From Malacoraja senta (taxonomy: Eukaryota), in assembly GCA_038087875.1 (NCBI GenBank), contig JAXLNO010000136.1, positions 1-64,000 of the forward strand: a stretch of DNA of 64,000 nt, given 5' to 3'. The notes beneath the pieces are model-generated. The model was not told the DNA's origin. It saw only the letters and a program-made list of their open reading frames with translations, and searched no databases. Below are positions 1-11,099 of this stretch, piece by piece. Made by a program: the position numbers and the translations under genes. Position 1 is the stretch's first letter, and each line of letters opens with the position of its first letter.

Positions 1-3000
1 ATAGCGGTCAGGCGGTTTGACAAGACGTCCCGCCCGGGTTCGCGTCTCGCCATCCACCCTTCCTGCAGGAGGAAGAGGCACCGGCGGGGAAAGACGAACT
101 TGAAAGGGAGAAACGGGAGGAGACGGAAGAGACCGCGGCACCGAACCCGGAGGGGATGCGGGGTCGGGACCGGGACGAGCGCGGGCAGGCGAGCGAGGAC
201 TAGTCGGAGTGGGATGGAACGGAAGGGGCGGAGGAGGAGCAGAACGTTGCATGTCAGGACGGACGGGCAGAGCAACGCCCTGACGCGAAACCGGCAGTGG
301 GGGAGCAAAGGGGTCCGCGGCAGGAGGACGCGGCTCGTTGACGAGCCGAAGGTGCTGGCGGGACCGTCGGTAAATGGCCCCAGCGTGGTCGACGAAATAG
401 GACCTGGGCGACCCCGCAGAGCCGACGACAGTAGCGAGCTTGGAGTGACCGGGAGTGGTCTGCATACGGACAACTTGACCGGGGAAGAGGCGCGGCAGCG
501 GGTGGCAGGACCTGTAATGGGAACGCTTTTGGACGTCGTGCCTGAAGGCAATGCGTTTCTGAACCGCCGCAGGTGGGAGGATGGAGGGTATGAGGGAGCG
601 CTGGGCCACAGGGAGCGGGAGTCTGGTAGCGCGAGACATGAGCCGCTGAGCAGGTGAACCCATGGCAGAGTCGCGGGAAATGTTCCGAAGGTTGAGGAGG
701 GCCAGATGGAAGTCGGAGTTAATGCCACCACACAGTTCCAACAGGTGCTTGGCGCTGCGGACTGCGCGCTCGGCCAAACCGTTGCTTTGCGGGTACTCCG
801 GGCTGCTGGTGAAATGGCGGAAGTTCCATCTGGAAGCGAACGCTTTAAACTCGGAGCTCGTGAACTGGCTGCCATTGTCCGACTGCAGGCTTGCCGGGGG
901 GCCAAAAGTGCCAAAATGAGGGTACAACCTATCGATGACGGCCGAAGAGGTCATGGAATGCAGCCGGTCGACCACAAACCAGCTGGAGTAGGAGTCAACG
1001 AGAACCAGGACATGTTTGCCCCGCCACTCGAAAATGTCAGCGGCAAGCGCCATCCAGGGCAGTTCGGGCGCGGGCTGCTGTAGAAGCGGCTGACGCTGCT
1101 GTTGGGGGGCGCGGCTGTTGCAGGTGGAACACGAGGAGACCCTCTCCCGGATGTATTTGGCCATATCCGGCCAATAGAACTGGCTCCTGGCGAGAGACAC
1201 GGTGGCTTCGGCCCCAGTGTGACCGCGGTGAGCGACTTGAAAATATTGGTCGTGCAGCGCCGCGGGCACGACCACTTTGTGACCCTTCACCACCACGCCG
1301 TCGTGCAGTACGAGCTCGTCCCGAATCAGGAAGTAGGGCACGGCACCAGCCGGCAGTGCCGAACGACGGTCAGGCCAGCCCTGCCGGATGACGGCAGACA
1401 GCTGTTGCAGGGCAGGGTCATTGGTAGTGTGTTCGACCAGGGACTTCATCTGCTGCGAGGGGACGATGTTCAATCGCAGCACCAATAACTCAGACATTTC
1501 GTATTGGTGGCGAGCGGCGGACGTCAGCGGGGCGCGAGACAACGTGTCGGCCACGAACATGTCCTTGCCCTTACGATAAACCACCGTGAACGTGAAGCGC
1601 TGGAGCTGCAGCATCATGCGCTGCAGGCGTGATGAGGCCACATGGATCGATTTGTTGAGGATGGTGACAAGTGGCTGATGGTCAGTTTCAACGGTGAAAG
1701 TGTTGCCCACGATGTAGTCCCGCAATTTGGAGCAGGCAAACACCACGGCCAGTAGCTCCTTCTCAATCTGCGCGTAGTGCTGTTCGGTGGAGGTCATGGT
1801 GCGGGACGCGAAGGAGACAGGTAGCTGCAGGCCGTCATGGACCTGGAGGCAGGCGGCACCGAGTCCGAATTGAGAGGCGTCGCAGGTGAGGACAATGGGA
1901 CGCTGCAGGTCAAAGAACTTGAGCGTGGGGGTGCTGATCAGCTTAGACTTAAGAATGTCAAATGCCTTCTGATGGTTGGGTAACCAAAGCCAGGACGTGT
2001 CCTTTTTGATCAGATCCCTCAGGGGAGCGCTGAGCTCGCTGAGGTCGGGGATAAACTTCCCCAGGTAGTTTACCAAGCCGAGGAAGCGTTGCAGGCCTGC
2101 CACATTGGTAGGAGGGGGCATCCCTGAGATGGCAGCCGTTTTCTGCGGGTCTGGCTTTAGCCCCTCAGCGGTGAATACATGTCCAACATAGGTGACCTCC
2201 GAGACGCGGAATCGGCACTTCTTGGGGTTCAGTTTCAAGTTGATCTGCCGGGCCCGGTCCAGGTTGACATCGTGTTCGGCAACGTCCTTACCGTAAACGA
2301 GGATGTCGTCAACAATTATGGCGCAAGGCAGATCTAAAAACAACTGTTCCATGGTCCGCTGAAATACCTCGCTGGCAGAGTAGATCCCGAATGGCATTCG
2401 GAGGAACCGAAACCTTCCGTAGGGGGTGGGGAAAGTTGTCAAAATGGACGACCGCTCGTCCAGTGGTATCTGCCAGAAGGAGCTTTTGGCATCGAGGACA
2501 GAAAAAACCGTTGCTGGACCAACCTGTGCAGCGACGTCTTCCACCGTTCTCATAGGGTAGTGAGGGCGTCGAATGGCCAGGTTGAGGTCTTTGGGGTTGA
2601 TGCAGATGCGTATCTCGCTCATGTCCTTTTCAGCAGCAACAACCATGGAAGAGACCCAGCTGGTGGGCTCGACGACCGCCTTTAGGACGCCCATTTGTAC
2701 CATACTGTGTAGGGTCGCCTCCACTCTGTCCCTCATGGCGAAGGAGACACGGTGAGGAGCATGGACCACGGGAACGATCTTATGGTCCACTACAATCTTG
2801 TAGCTGCAGGGTAGTTTGCCTAGCTTATCATCAAAGCGGTCGGGATAATCGGCCAGCGGGTCCATAAGAGTCTGCACCTGGTGGATGTCCCGGTGGAAGT
2901 ACACCAGTCCCATTTCCTGGCATGCCTGGATCCCCAGCAGGGGAATGCATTTTCGATCGAGGAGATAGAAGGTGAGGGGCCGAATGGTCTCTAGTATCTT

Positions 3001-4147
3001 AGAGTGTAGCGTGGCCTTGCCCACAGGAGTAAGAATCTCCCCACCGTAGGCATGCAAGGTTGAGCTCTGAGAAAATATCTGCTCATTAGTTCTTATCTGG
3101 TTGAAAAGGGATGTTGACATTACATTGGTCACCGCCCCCGTGTCGATTTTAGCAGTGAAGGTCGAGTTGTTCACAGTGACTTGCACAGAAGGATCCGTTA
3201 TCATAGCAGGTGCGTCCAACACGGTAAACAAGTTGGTCTCCCCCTGAGAGGAGTCAGATGTAGAAACAGAATGTTCATCGGAATAGCACTGGGAGCTGAG
3301 CTCGTTGTCAGCTTGTAGAAGGTTGTTTAAATTTCCCCTTCGAGCAGCGACAGGCTTCCCTCGGGAACGACAAGCCGCAGCAAAATGGTTCAATTTATTG
3401 CAGACATTGCAAGTCTTTCCTAAAGCAGGGCACACATTGAATTGATGAGTTGTGAAGTTGCAATTAGGGCACCTTTGCTGGGTACCTCCCCTTGTAGCAG
3501 CACCGAACCCCGGGGCGCGTCCCCCTCGAGCAGCGAGCGACCCTGGGGGTCGCGACTGGGGTGTGTTCATGAGATGACTGGGAGTGCTGGCAAAGTTGAT
3601 CGCCTGCTCGGCCGGCGGCGCCGCCGAGGAAACAGCGTCAGCTAAGCGAGTAGCGTGCATGGCATCGGCCAAAGTCAGATCCGGCTTGCGCAGAAGTTCG
3701 GCCCTGAGCTTCTCATCACGGAGACCGTAAACCAGTAGGTCCCTGATAATCTCATCGGGGTTCCACGTTCGGAGGCGGCAGCGCCTACCGAGGTGCCGCA
3801 GCGCAATGACATAGTTCACAGCAGATTCCCCAGGGAGCTGACGCCGCGCGAACAGTTTAAAACGTTCTAAGATGCAATTAGTCGGAATGTCACAAATAGC
3901 GTCAAACTTGGCCAACAGACATACCGGGTCCCGAGCTGATTCTCCCGCAGCGTAGACGAAGAAAGTCGGAGCGAGTCAGTGCCTCGGGACCAGCCAAGTT
4001 GAGAAGCAGGGAGGCTTTGAGAGCGGGGGTGGCGTCAGGATGAGCAATCGTGAAATAGTGTTCAAAGTCACGTTTGAATATGTACCATCGAAGGGCGATG
4101 TCTAAATCAAAAACGAGCACATCGGGCTTACGGGCAGAAGAGGCCAT
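1..4147 (-). CDS. Gypsy gag-pol polyprotein with one +1 frameshift near 3964
   Basis: ATG at 4147 (MASSARKPDV). Checked codons in gag (3901-3903), RT DD (2305-2310) and the integrase tail (1-3) share one frame. The ORF track lists no terminated minus ORF there, consistent with an open frame running off the window. Confidence 0.85.
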
Positions 4148-4242
4148 GACAAAGAAACAGGAGGGCGGAGGAAACAAAAAACTGGACGAAATTAAATGAT
4201 AAACCGATAAACAGGAGGCGCAAGGTAAGTTATTTGACACCA

Positions 4243-4429
4243 TGTAAAGGATTCATAACGAGGCGTCGTTACTTTACTATCTTTATTCATACTGGAGCAT
4301 TACACATAGCACTAGCTGTACGTGGTCTGTCACAGGAACTAGAGAGCGATCTGTGGGTGGGGAGGTTGTAGATATACTTGTGATATGGGGAGTGGTTAGT
4401 AGGTATGAGGTCACTATGTTAAAGGCACA
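4243..4429 (-). repeat. 5' LTR of the Gypsy element (outer boundary uncertain), followed by PBS TGGTGTCA at 4242-4235
   Basis: Minus strand reads ...CCTTTACA|TGGTGTCA. AATAAA on the minus strand at about 4282-4287. Candidate TGT start at 4429. Confidence 0.7.
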
Positions 4430-4799
4430 TGCATATCTCATCTACACATATCTCATCTACAGGTAGGGAGATGAATAGATTGGGGGCATAGATGGGGAGG
4501 GGAGCACAGGGGATGTCAGTGAGGACTGAATAGAGGAGGGAATGCGGATCAGGGCGGGATGGAGAGGAGGGGTCCCAGGATAAGAGGGGTGGAGGGGGGT
4601 GTACGAGAGAGGGAGAGCGAGAGGGGGGCAGAGGAGGTGGGGAGGAAGGAAGGTCAGCGCTCCTCGGACAACATCGCCCCGCAGCCTTGGCTGTCCCTGT
4701 CCAACGCCAAAGTGCCGCTGCCAATGGGGGTGGCGGTTGGGACTCCTCGTCACCGCCTCCCCTCCTCCGCCAGCCGACAGCAGGGTGCGGGGCCGAGCG

Positions 4800-4843
4800 G
4801 TGCAGCTCAAAGATCCTATAGCTGTAGGATCTTTGGTGCAGCT
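4800..4843. mobile_element. 28-bp palindrome flanked by 8-bp direct repeats (mini TIR element or excision footprint)
   Basis: GTGCAGCT|CAAAGATCCTATAG CTGTAGGATCTTTG|GTGCAGCT; one mismatch between the arms. Confidence 0.75.
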
Positions 4844-4851
4844 GCTTCTGA

Positions 4852-5075
4852 CGGTGGAAGGAGGCGTCCGCCACCCTCTCCCTCTCCCACCTTGGCGTGC
4901 GAGAGGGGTTGTTTTGAAAGCGCCGTTGGTGAATTTGCAGGCAGCGGCCGTTATCAGGGCGCTAGCGGCCGCTGCTTGCAAATCCGCCAACGGCGATTTC
5001 AAAACAACCCCTCTCGCACGCCGAGGGGGGAGGGGGGGAGAGGGAGAGAGAGAGAGGGAGGCCTCCTTCCGCCGG
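4852..5075. repeat. Long inverted repeat (core arms about 60 bp: 4890-4950 and 4966-5026)
   Basis: GGCGTGCGAGAGGGGTTGTTTTGAAA...GCAGCGGCCG pairs with CGGCCGCTGC...TTTCAAAACAACCCCTCTCGCACGCC. Looser outer arms GGAAGGAGGC/GCCTCCTTCC. Confidence 0.9.
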
Positions 5076-5294
5076 GCGGGGTGCGGCAGGAGGATGCGGT
5101 GGAGCCGCTGTCGCGGCCGCTGCTGCCGCTGTCAGGGGCCCGTCATTCGGTCCGACCCTTCGTCACCACGCACCTAGAATCTTTGCCCCGCACAGCCGCC
5201 GCCGACACGAAACGCCACGTTCCTATTCTCCAGAGATGCTGCCTGACCCGCGGAGTTACTCCTGTTTTTTGTGTCTATCGGTATAAACCAGTAT

Positions 5295-5392
5295 TTTATT
5301 GCCAAGCCGGGCAAAATGACTCGGTGTTTAGGTTGCCCGGCGGCACTTTGGGTGGTCAATGGCACCGGGGCAACCGCTAATTTCGAGCCCTG
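5295..5392. mobile_element. Probable terminus of a hAT-like non-autonomous DNA transposon
   Basis: Ends ...AATTTCGAGCCCTG (reverse CAGGGCTCGAAATT, a hAT-type CAGGG terminus). Subterminal TTGCC/GGCAA motifs; abrupt GC-rich to AT-rich switch after 5392. Partner end not seen. Confidence 0.5.
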
Positions 5393-5938
5393 CAACACCT
5401 AAGTATTTGAGCTCTGTGTGTTTACTATAACAAACAACTTATTCTTATGTATGGATCCTGTTATTACACATGTTTATACTGACAAGATTTTGTCTCCATT
5501 TCACTCCTCCATTTTGTTATTATCTCCATCCATTTACTCATCACCATTCCCCACCTGTATCCACCCATCACTCACCATGCTTTGTCTCATGCCTACTTCC
5601 CTTCCCCAGTTGTCATCTCCCATTCCATCAGCCTGAGAATGCATCCTGACATGAAACGTCATCAATCCATTCCCTCCACAGATGCTGCCTGACCCATTGA
5701 GTTTCTCCAACACTTTGCGTTTGATCAACATTCCACAATCTGCAGTTTCTTGTGTCTCCATGGAGACCCACTGGTCAGCGTGGACAGATTGCTGCAGAGG
5801 GCCTGTTTCCATGCTGTTCCATGATGATGAATGATAACGTACAACTTAGTAAAGATTAATTCTCTGCAATATTGCTAATGACAAGGTCAGTGAAAAATTA
5901 TTGTCCAACATTTACACATTTGTTCTCTTTTCCTACAG

Positions 5939-6283
5939 GAAGTGGAAATTATATGTACTTTTTCCATCAGGAAGGCAACTTTGTATTGAAAGGACCAGAC
6001 AGTCCTGGAAATGGCCCCATTGACTTGGAATGGAGGCCACACTCAGGGCAACAAACCACAAAGCGATTGGCCACTTTCCGCAGAGAAGATCAGCAGTGGG
6101 CCGTACAATGGAGTGATGAGTACAATCAAATACCAGGCATCTCCCAGAGGATGCATGCGGACTGGGGTACCCTTAATCTGAAGATCAGGATGCCCACGTT
6201 CGAACTTGCAGGACTGTTCACCTGGAATGAGACACAGCCCGCTGTGAAAATCCTGAGACAGTGGGAACTATTGGGGATTAAAG
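5939..6283 (+). CDS. Internal exon (345 nt, phase 1-1) encoding a cysteine-free V-like Ig domain
   Basis: Acceptor TTCTCTTTTCCTACAG, donor G|GTAATA, open frame. Ig-like pattern LEWR...LNLKIRMPTFELAGLFTW...WELLGIK. Confidence 0.75.
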
Positions 6284-6692
6284 GTAATAGAGTCATAGTG
6301 TCACACAGCACTGAAATGCCCTTTGGCCCAATTCATCCATACTGACCAACTACCCATCTAAACATCCAATTTGCCCTCATTTGGCCCATATCCCTTTAAC
6401 CTTTCTTCCCATATACCTGCTTAAATGCCCTTTAAATGCTGTACCTCCATCAAACACTTCCTCTGCTCGATCTTTCCATAAAGTATGTTCATGTACCACA
6501 CACGTTGTCAAAAAACCGCCCCTAATATTAAGAGGTATATCAAATCTACCCCTCTCACCTTAAACATGTACTATCAAGATTTTGATTCCCCAATGGAAAA
6601 AAGACCATGTGCGTTTACTATATATATGCCTCTCATGATTTTATTCACTCCCATATAATCTCTGTTAAAGACATCCAAGAAATATAATCAGT

Positions 6693-6720
6693 CTGAAGAA
6701 GGGTCTCAACATGAAACGTC
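6693..6720 (+). ncRNA. Minimal hammerhead ribozyme motif in a Penelope terminal-repeat fragment (stem II degraded)
   Basis: CTGAAGA-A-GGGTCTCAACAT-GAAA-CGTC. Confidence 0.55.
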
Positions 6721-6894
6721 ACCTATCTATGTTCTCTAGAGTTCAAAGGTCTTTTATTGTCACGTGTACCAATTAAGCGGCAGTGATATTCATATTACCA
6801 AACCTGCTGAATTACTCCTGCACTTTATGTCCTTTTATATATTAACCAGCATCTGCAGTTCTGTGTTTCTACTATACTAAAAACATCCCTACCT

Positions 6895-7172
6895 GGAAGT
6901 GTTGATGTGGGAGACAAAGGGGGCGAGGGGGACAGGTGGTCACTACCAGGAAGTGTTGATGTGGGAGACGAGGGGGGCGAGGGGTCAGGTGGTCACTACC
7001 AGGAAGTGTTGATGTGGGAGACGAGGGGGCGAGGGGGACAGGTGGTCACTACCAGGAAGTGTTGATGTGGGAGACGAGGGGGCGAGGGGGACAGGTGGTC
7101 ACTACCAGTAAGTGTTGATGTGGGAGACGAGGGGGCGAGGGGACAGGTGGTCACTACCAGGAAGTGTTGATG
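6895..7172 (+). repeat. 53-bp G-rich minisatellite, about 5 copies, intronic
   Basis: Unit GGAAGTGTTGATGTGGGAGACGAGGGGGCGAGGGGGACAGGTGGTCACTACCA. Confidence 0.95.
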
Positions 7173-7294
7173 ACATCACTGAGCACGTCAGCTCAACATT
7201 CAGCCGACTGTCTGTCTGCAGGAAAAAGACAAATCTGCCCACAGTAGTTCAGAAAGCTGTTGGTGAACTGAACCACATGTGTCTGTTTCCACAG

Positions 7295-7567
7295 TTGAGG
7301 CAGACTCACCGAGGCCAGTGATGGGCAGTGACATCACCCTCAGCTGTACCATCTCCAGACTCCCAGATACCGTCAGTCTTCACTGGAAACCAAGAGGCTC
7401 ATCTCAACAGAACAGGAGGAACAACACTGATCAGATCCGTCTGAATAACGCCGTCTATCTGATGATCCAACACATTGGAGCAGGAAATCCCAATCTGTAC
7501 ACATGGGAAGTGCAGGAAAATACCTCCATTGTTCTCACTGGAGACACCAATGTTGAAGTGGGTCAGG
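7295..7567 (+). CDS. Internal exon (273 nt, phase 1-1) encoding a C2-like Ig domain
   Basis: Acceptor GTCTGTTTCCACAG, donor G|GTGAGT. Protein GSDITLSCTIS...VSLHWK...VYLMIQHI...LYTWEV. Splices in frame to 5939-6283 (LGIK-VEAD). Confidence 0.85.
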
Positions 7568-7821
7568 GTGAGTCCAAAGCTGCCTTGCAGCAGGTATTAA
7601 ATAGTTCTTGATATCAAACTGTTCCACATGTTGTATAGTGAGCACTGACTCCACCCGTGGGCTTCCACACTGCTTGATGGAGCAACACAGGAGAACCAAG
7701 GGATTCATTTCAGTTCACCTGCATGAATCAAAGGGGATAATATCCAGTGATGGACATCTAATTTTCAGTGTATAACAGAACAGGAAAATATGAACTAATT
7801 CAAGTATAAATGCAGAGGAAA

Positions 7822-8590
7822 TATCAGAATCAGAATCACATTTTATTGGTCACGTAATCATAGACAAGGAATTTGACAGTGCTTTGCTCGCAAATGGTAA
7901 AAACACGATATACAACAGACAATTAAAAATAAAACATTATAATTTAAACATGTGAAAATAAAGTTCCGGAGTAAAAAGAGGCTACCGACTTTTGGCTGTT
8001 GAGTGGAGCTACGGCTCGTGGGAAGAAGTTGTTTTTATGTCTGGCTGTGGCAGCTTTGATAGTCCGGACTCACCTGACTGAGGGAAGTGATTCAAAGAGT
8101 TTGTGGCCAGGGTGAGAGGGTCAGAGATGATCTTGCCCGCTCGCTTCCTGGCCCTTGCAGTGTACAGTTCATCAATGGAGGGAAAGTTGCAGCCAATAAC
8201 CTTCTCAGCTGATCGGATGATTCGCTGCAGTCTCCACGTGTCGTGCTTGGTGGCTGAGCCAAACCAGACCATGATGGAGAACGTGAGGACAGACTCTATG
8301 ATGGCCGTGTAGAATTGGACCATCATTGCCTGTGGCAGGTTGTGTTTCTTCAGCTGCCGCAGGAAGTACATCCTCTGTTGGGACTTTTTGACTGTGGAGT
8401 CGATGGTGGCCTCCCATTTAAGGTCCTTGGAGATGATGATTCCGAAGAAATTAAACGACTCCACAGTTGTGACTGTGGTGTTGTTGAAGATGAGTGGGAG
8501 GAGGGGAGGGGGGGCTCTACAATCAGGAGGGGAGGATTGTGTCTCCAATCAATTCCACTGTCTTAAGAGCACTGAGCTTCAGGTTGTTGC
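7822..8590 (-). mobile_element. Rex1/Babar-type non-LTR retrotransposon, 3' fragment
   Basis: KKSQQRMYFLRQLKK...FYTAIIESVLTFSIMVWFG...LQRIIRSAEKVIG; short (ATTCTG)n tail near 7822-7838. Confidence 0.85.
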
Positions 8591-8659
8591 GATGTCAACA
8601 GGACACCAGCTTTATGATTAGCGTGACTTGGACATCGTGCTGAAGTCAGCATTGTCGAT

Positions 8660-10056
8660 TCAGGAGCGACCATGTACAAGAAGGGGTATCTTTTCTGTGA
8701 TTGGCTCAGTATACGACCCTTTGGGATTTCTTGCACCATCTCGCCAGCCAAGTTAATTTTACAAAATATTTGTAATGAAAAACTTGGATGGGATGAGAGT
8801 ATAACTGAAACATCCTCGCACCGTTGGACAGAATGGTTAACGGACCTCCATAAAATTTCAAAGTTTAAGGTGGATCGGTGAATAAAGCCTAAAAACTTTG
8901 GTAAGATCAGAAGTGCACAATTGCATCATTTTTTCGGATGCCAGTGAAAGTGGTTACGGGACTGTTTCATATTTAACACTGCAAAATGTTAACAAAAGAG
9001 TGCATGTTGCATTCTTAATGGGAAAAGCCAGAGTGGCACCACTGAAACAAATGACGATTCCTAGAATGGAACTTACAGCAGCAGTCGTAGCTGTTGAAAT
9101 TGACATAATGCTGCAAAAGGAACTACAATTTCAACTGGAAGAATCTATCTTCTGGACCGATAGCACTACTGTTCTGAAATACTTCAATAATGAAAACAAA
9201 TGCTTTATGACATTTGTACCAAATAGAGTCTCCTTTGTATTGGGAGCTACTAATGTTTCTCAATGGAGATATGTTAGCACAAAAGAAAATCCTGCGGCTG
9301 AAGCCTCTAGAGGACTAACAGCAAATTGCTTTCTAAATAACATGAGATGGATCAACGGGCCCAAGTTTCTTTGTGAACCAAGCAGAGAATGGCCAAAGCT
9401 TGAACTCGGATTTGAAATCTCTGTAAATGATCCGGAAATTAAACAAAACATTTCGGTGAATGTGATTGCTAAAGACTCATATGACACCGTGAACAATTTA
9501 ATTACCCACTTTTCATCATGGAATAAATTGATAACTTCGGTAGCCTGGTTTCTTAAAATAAAAACAAGATTATTGCTGGCGGCTCGGGAAAGGAGACAAA
9601 TTACAGAGAGTATCCTGGGAGAGAATCCTGATAAACGGAAAGGAGAGATTGAAGGCCAGATGCAAGTTTTTGAAGCTCCATATGGCGTACAGGATTTACG
9701 TCTTGATGATGTCCTCAAGGCGGAAAATACGATCATCTCTTTCTGTCAAAGACAGAAATACAAAGAAGAAATATTAACATTGGAAGCTGGAGGACAGGGG
9801 GTAAAAAGAAACAGTCAATTGCACAAGCTCGACCCAGTCTGGGAGGAAGGTCTTCTGTGGATGGGTGGTCACCTAAACTAATTGGCAATGCCCGTAAAAA
9901 CTAAACGTCGTATCATTCTCTCAAAGGACTTTTACATAACGACATTATTATTACGACATATTCATGAACAAGTTGGACATGGAGGAAGAAATTATATGTT
10001 ATCCCAACTTGGTAAAAAATATTGGGTTATCAAGGTTGACTCGGCAGCATCACGAG
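8660..10056 (+). mobile_element. Degenerate BEL/Pao LTR retrotransposon pol fragment (RNase H region to start of integrase)
   Basis: SVYDPLGFL, LGWDE, FSDASESGYG, GKARVAPLKQMTIPRMEL, FWTDS, NPAAEASRG, HEQVGHGG; has stops and frameshifts. Confidence 0.92.
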
Positions 10057-11079
10057 GTCATTTACATCAATGATCTGGATGATGGTGTGGAAAATTGGAT
10101 TAGTAAGTATGCAGATGATACTAAGATAGGTGGTGTGGTGGATAATGAAGTAGATTTTCAAAGTCTACAGAGAGATTTAGGCCATTTGGAAGAGTGGGCT
10201 GAAAGATGGCAGATGGAGGTTAATGCTGATAAATGTGAGGTACTACATCTCGGCAGGACAAAACAAAATAGGACGTACATGGTAAATGGTAGAGAATTGA
10301 GGAATGCAGTTGAACAGAGGGATCTAGGAATAACTGTGCATAGTTCCCTGAAGGTGGAATCTCATGTAGATAGGGTGGTAAAGAAAGCTTTTGGTGTGCT
10401 GGCCTTTATAAATCAGAGCATTGAATATAGAAGTTGGGATGTAATGTTAAATTGTACAAGGCATTGGTGAGGCCAATTCTGGAGTATGGAGTACAATTTT
10501 GGTAGCCTAATTATAGGAAGGATGTCAACAAAATAGAGAGAGTACAGAGTAGATTTACTAGAATGTTGCCTGGGTTTCAGCAACTAAGTTACAGAGAAAG
10601 GTTGAACAAGTTAGGTCTTTATTCTTTGGAGCGCAGAAGGTTAAGAGGGGACTTGATAGATGTCTTTAAAATTATGAGCGGGTTAGACAGAGTTGACGTG
10701 GATAAGCTTTTTCCATTGAGAGTAGGGAAGATTCAAACAAGGGGACATGACTTGAGAATTAAGGGACAGAAGTTTAGGGGTAACATTAGGGGGAACTTCT
10801 TTACTCAGAGAGTGGTAGCTGTGTGGAATGAGCTTCCAGTGGAAGTGGTGGAGGCTGGTTCGATTTTATCCTTTAAAAATAGATTGGATGGGTATATGGA
10901 CGGGAAAGGAATGGAGGGTTATGGTCTGAGTGCAGGTAGATGGGACTAGGGGAGAGTATTTATTTAAAAAAATAAAAAAATAAAAAATATATATTAAAAA
11001 AATGTTCGGCACGGACTTGAAGGGCCGAGATGGCCTGTTTCCGTGCTGTAATGGTTATATGGTTATATGGTTATATGGT
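10057..11079 (+). mobile_element. CR1 LINE, 5'-truncated (subfamily A, (TTATATGG)n tail)
   Basis: YINDLD...KYADDTKIGG...LYSLERRRLRGDL...AGRWD*; 3'UTR and 8-bp tail repeats. Confidence 0.95.
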
Positions 11080-11099
11080 TGACATGAAGTGAAACTTCA

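Larger units (their letters stand above)
1..4429 (-). mobile_element. Ty3/Gypsy LTR retrotransposon: 5' LTR, PBS, gag-pol; runs off the left edge
   Basis: Minus-strand translation gives a CCHC knuckle (CNVCNKLNHFAAAC), protease KIDTGA, RT (IRICINPKDLN...AIIVDDILV), RNase H (TCDASQFGLG...YAQIEKELLAVV) and integrase (HHCC, SDNGSQF, YPQSNGLAERAV), ending TRAGRLVKPPDRY. PR-RT-RH-IN order is Gypsy. Confidence 0.95.

Noticed and set aside
100..3645. Plus-strand ORFs over the Gypsy element
   Set aside because: Antisense shadows of the GC-rich pol frame.
4419..5398. Overlapping ORFs of 150-270 aa on both strands
   Set aside because: Low-complexity, GC-rich palindromic sequence; the mirrored peptides come from the inverted repeat.
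5872..6345. 157-aa ORF as a standalone gene
   Set aside because: Its ends are intronic; only 5939-6283 is bounded by splice sites.
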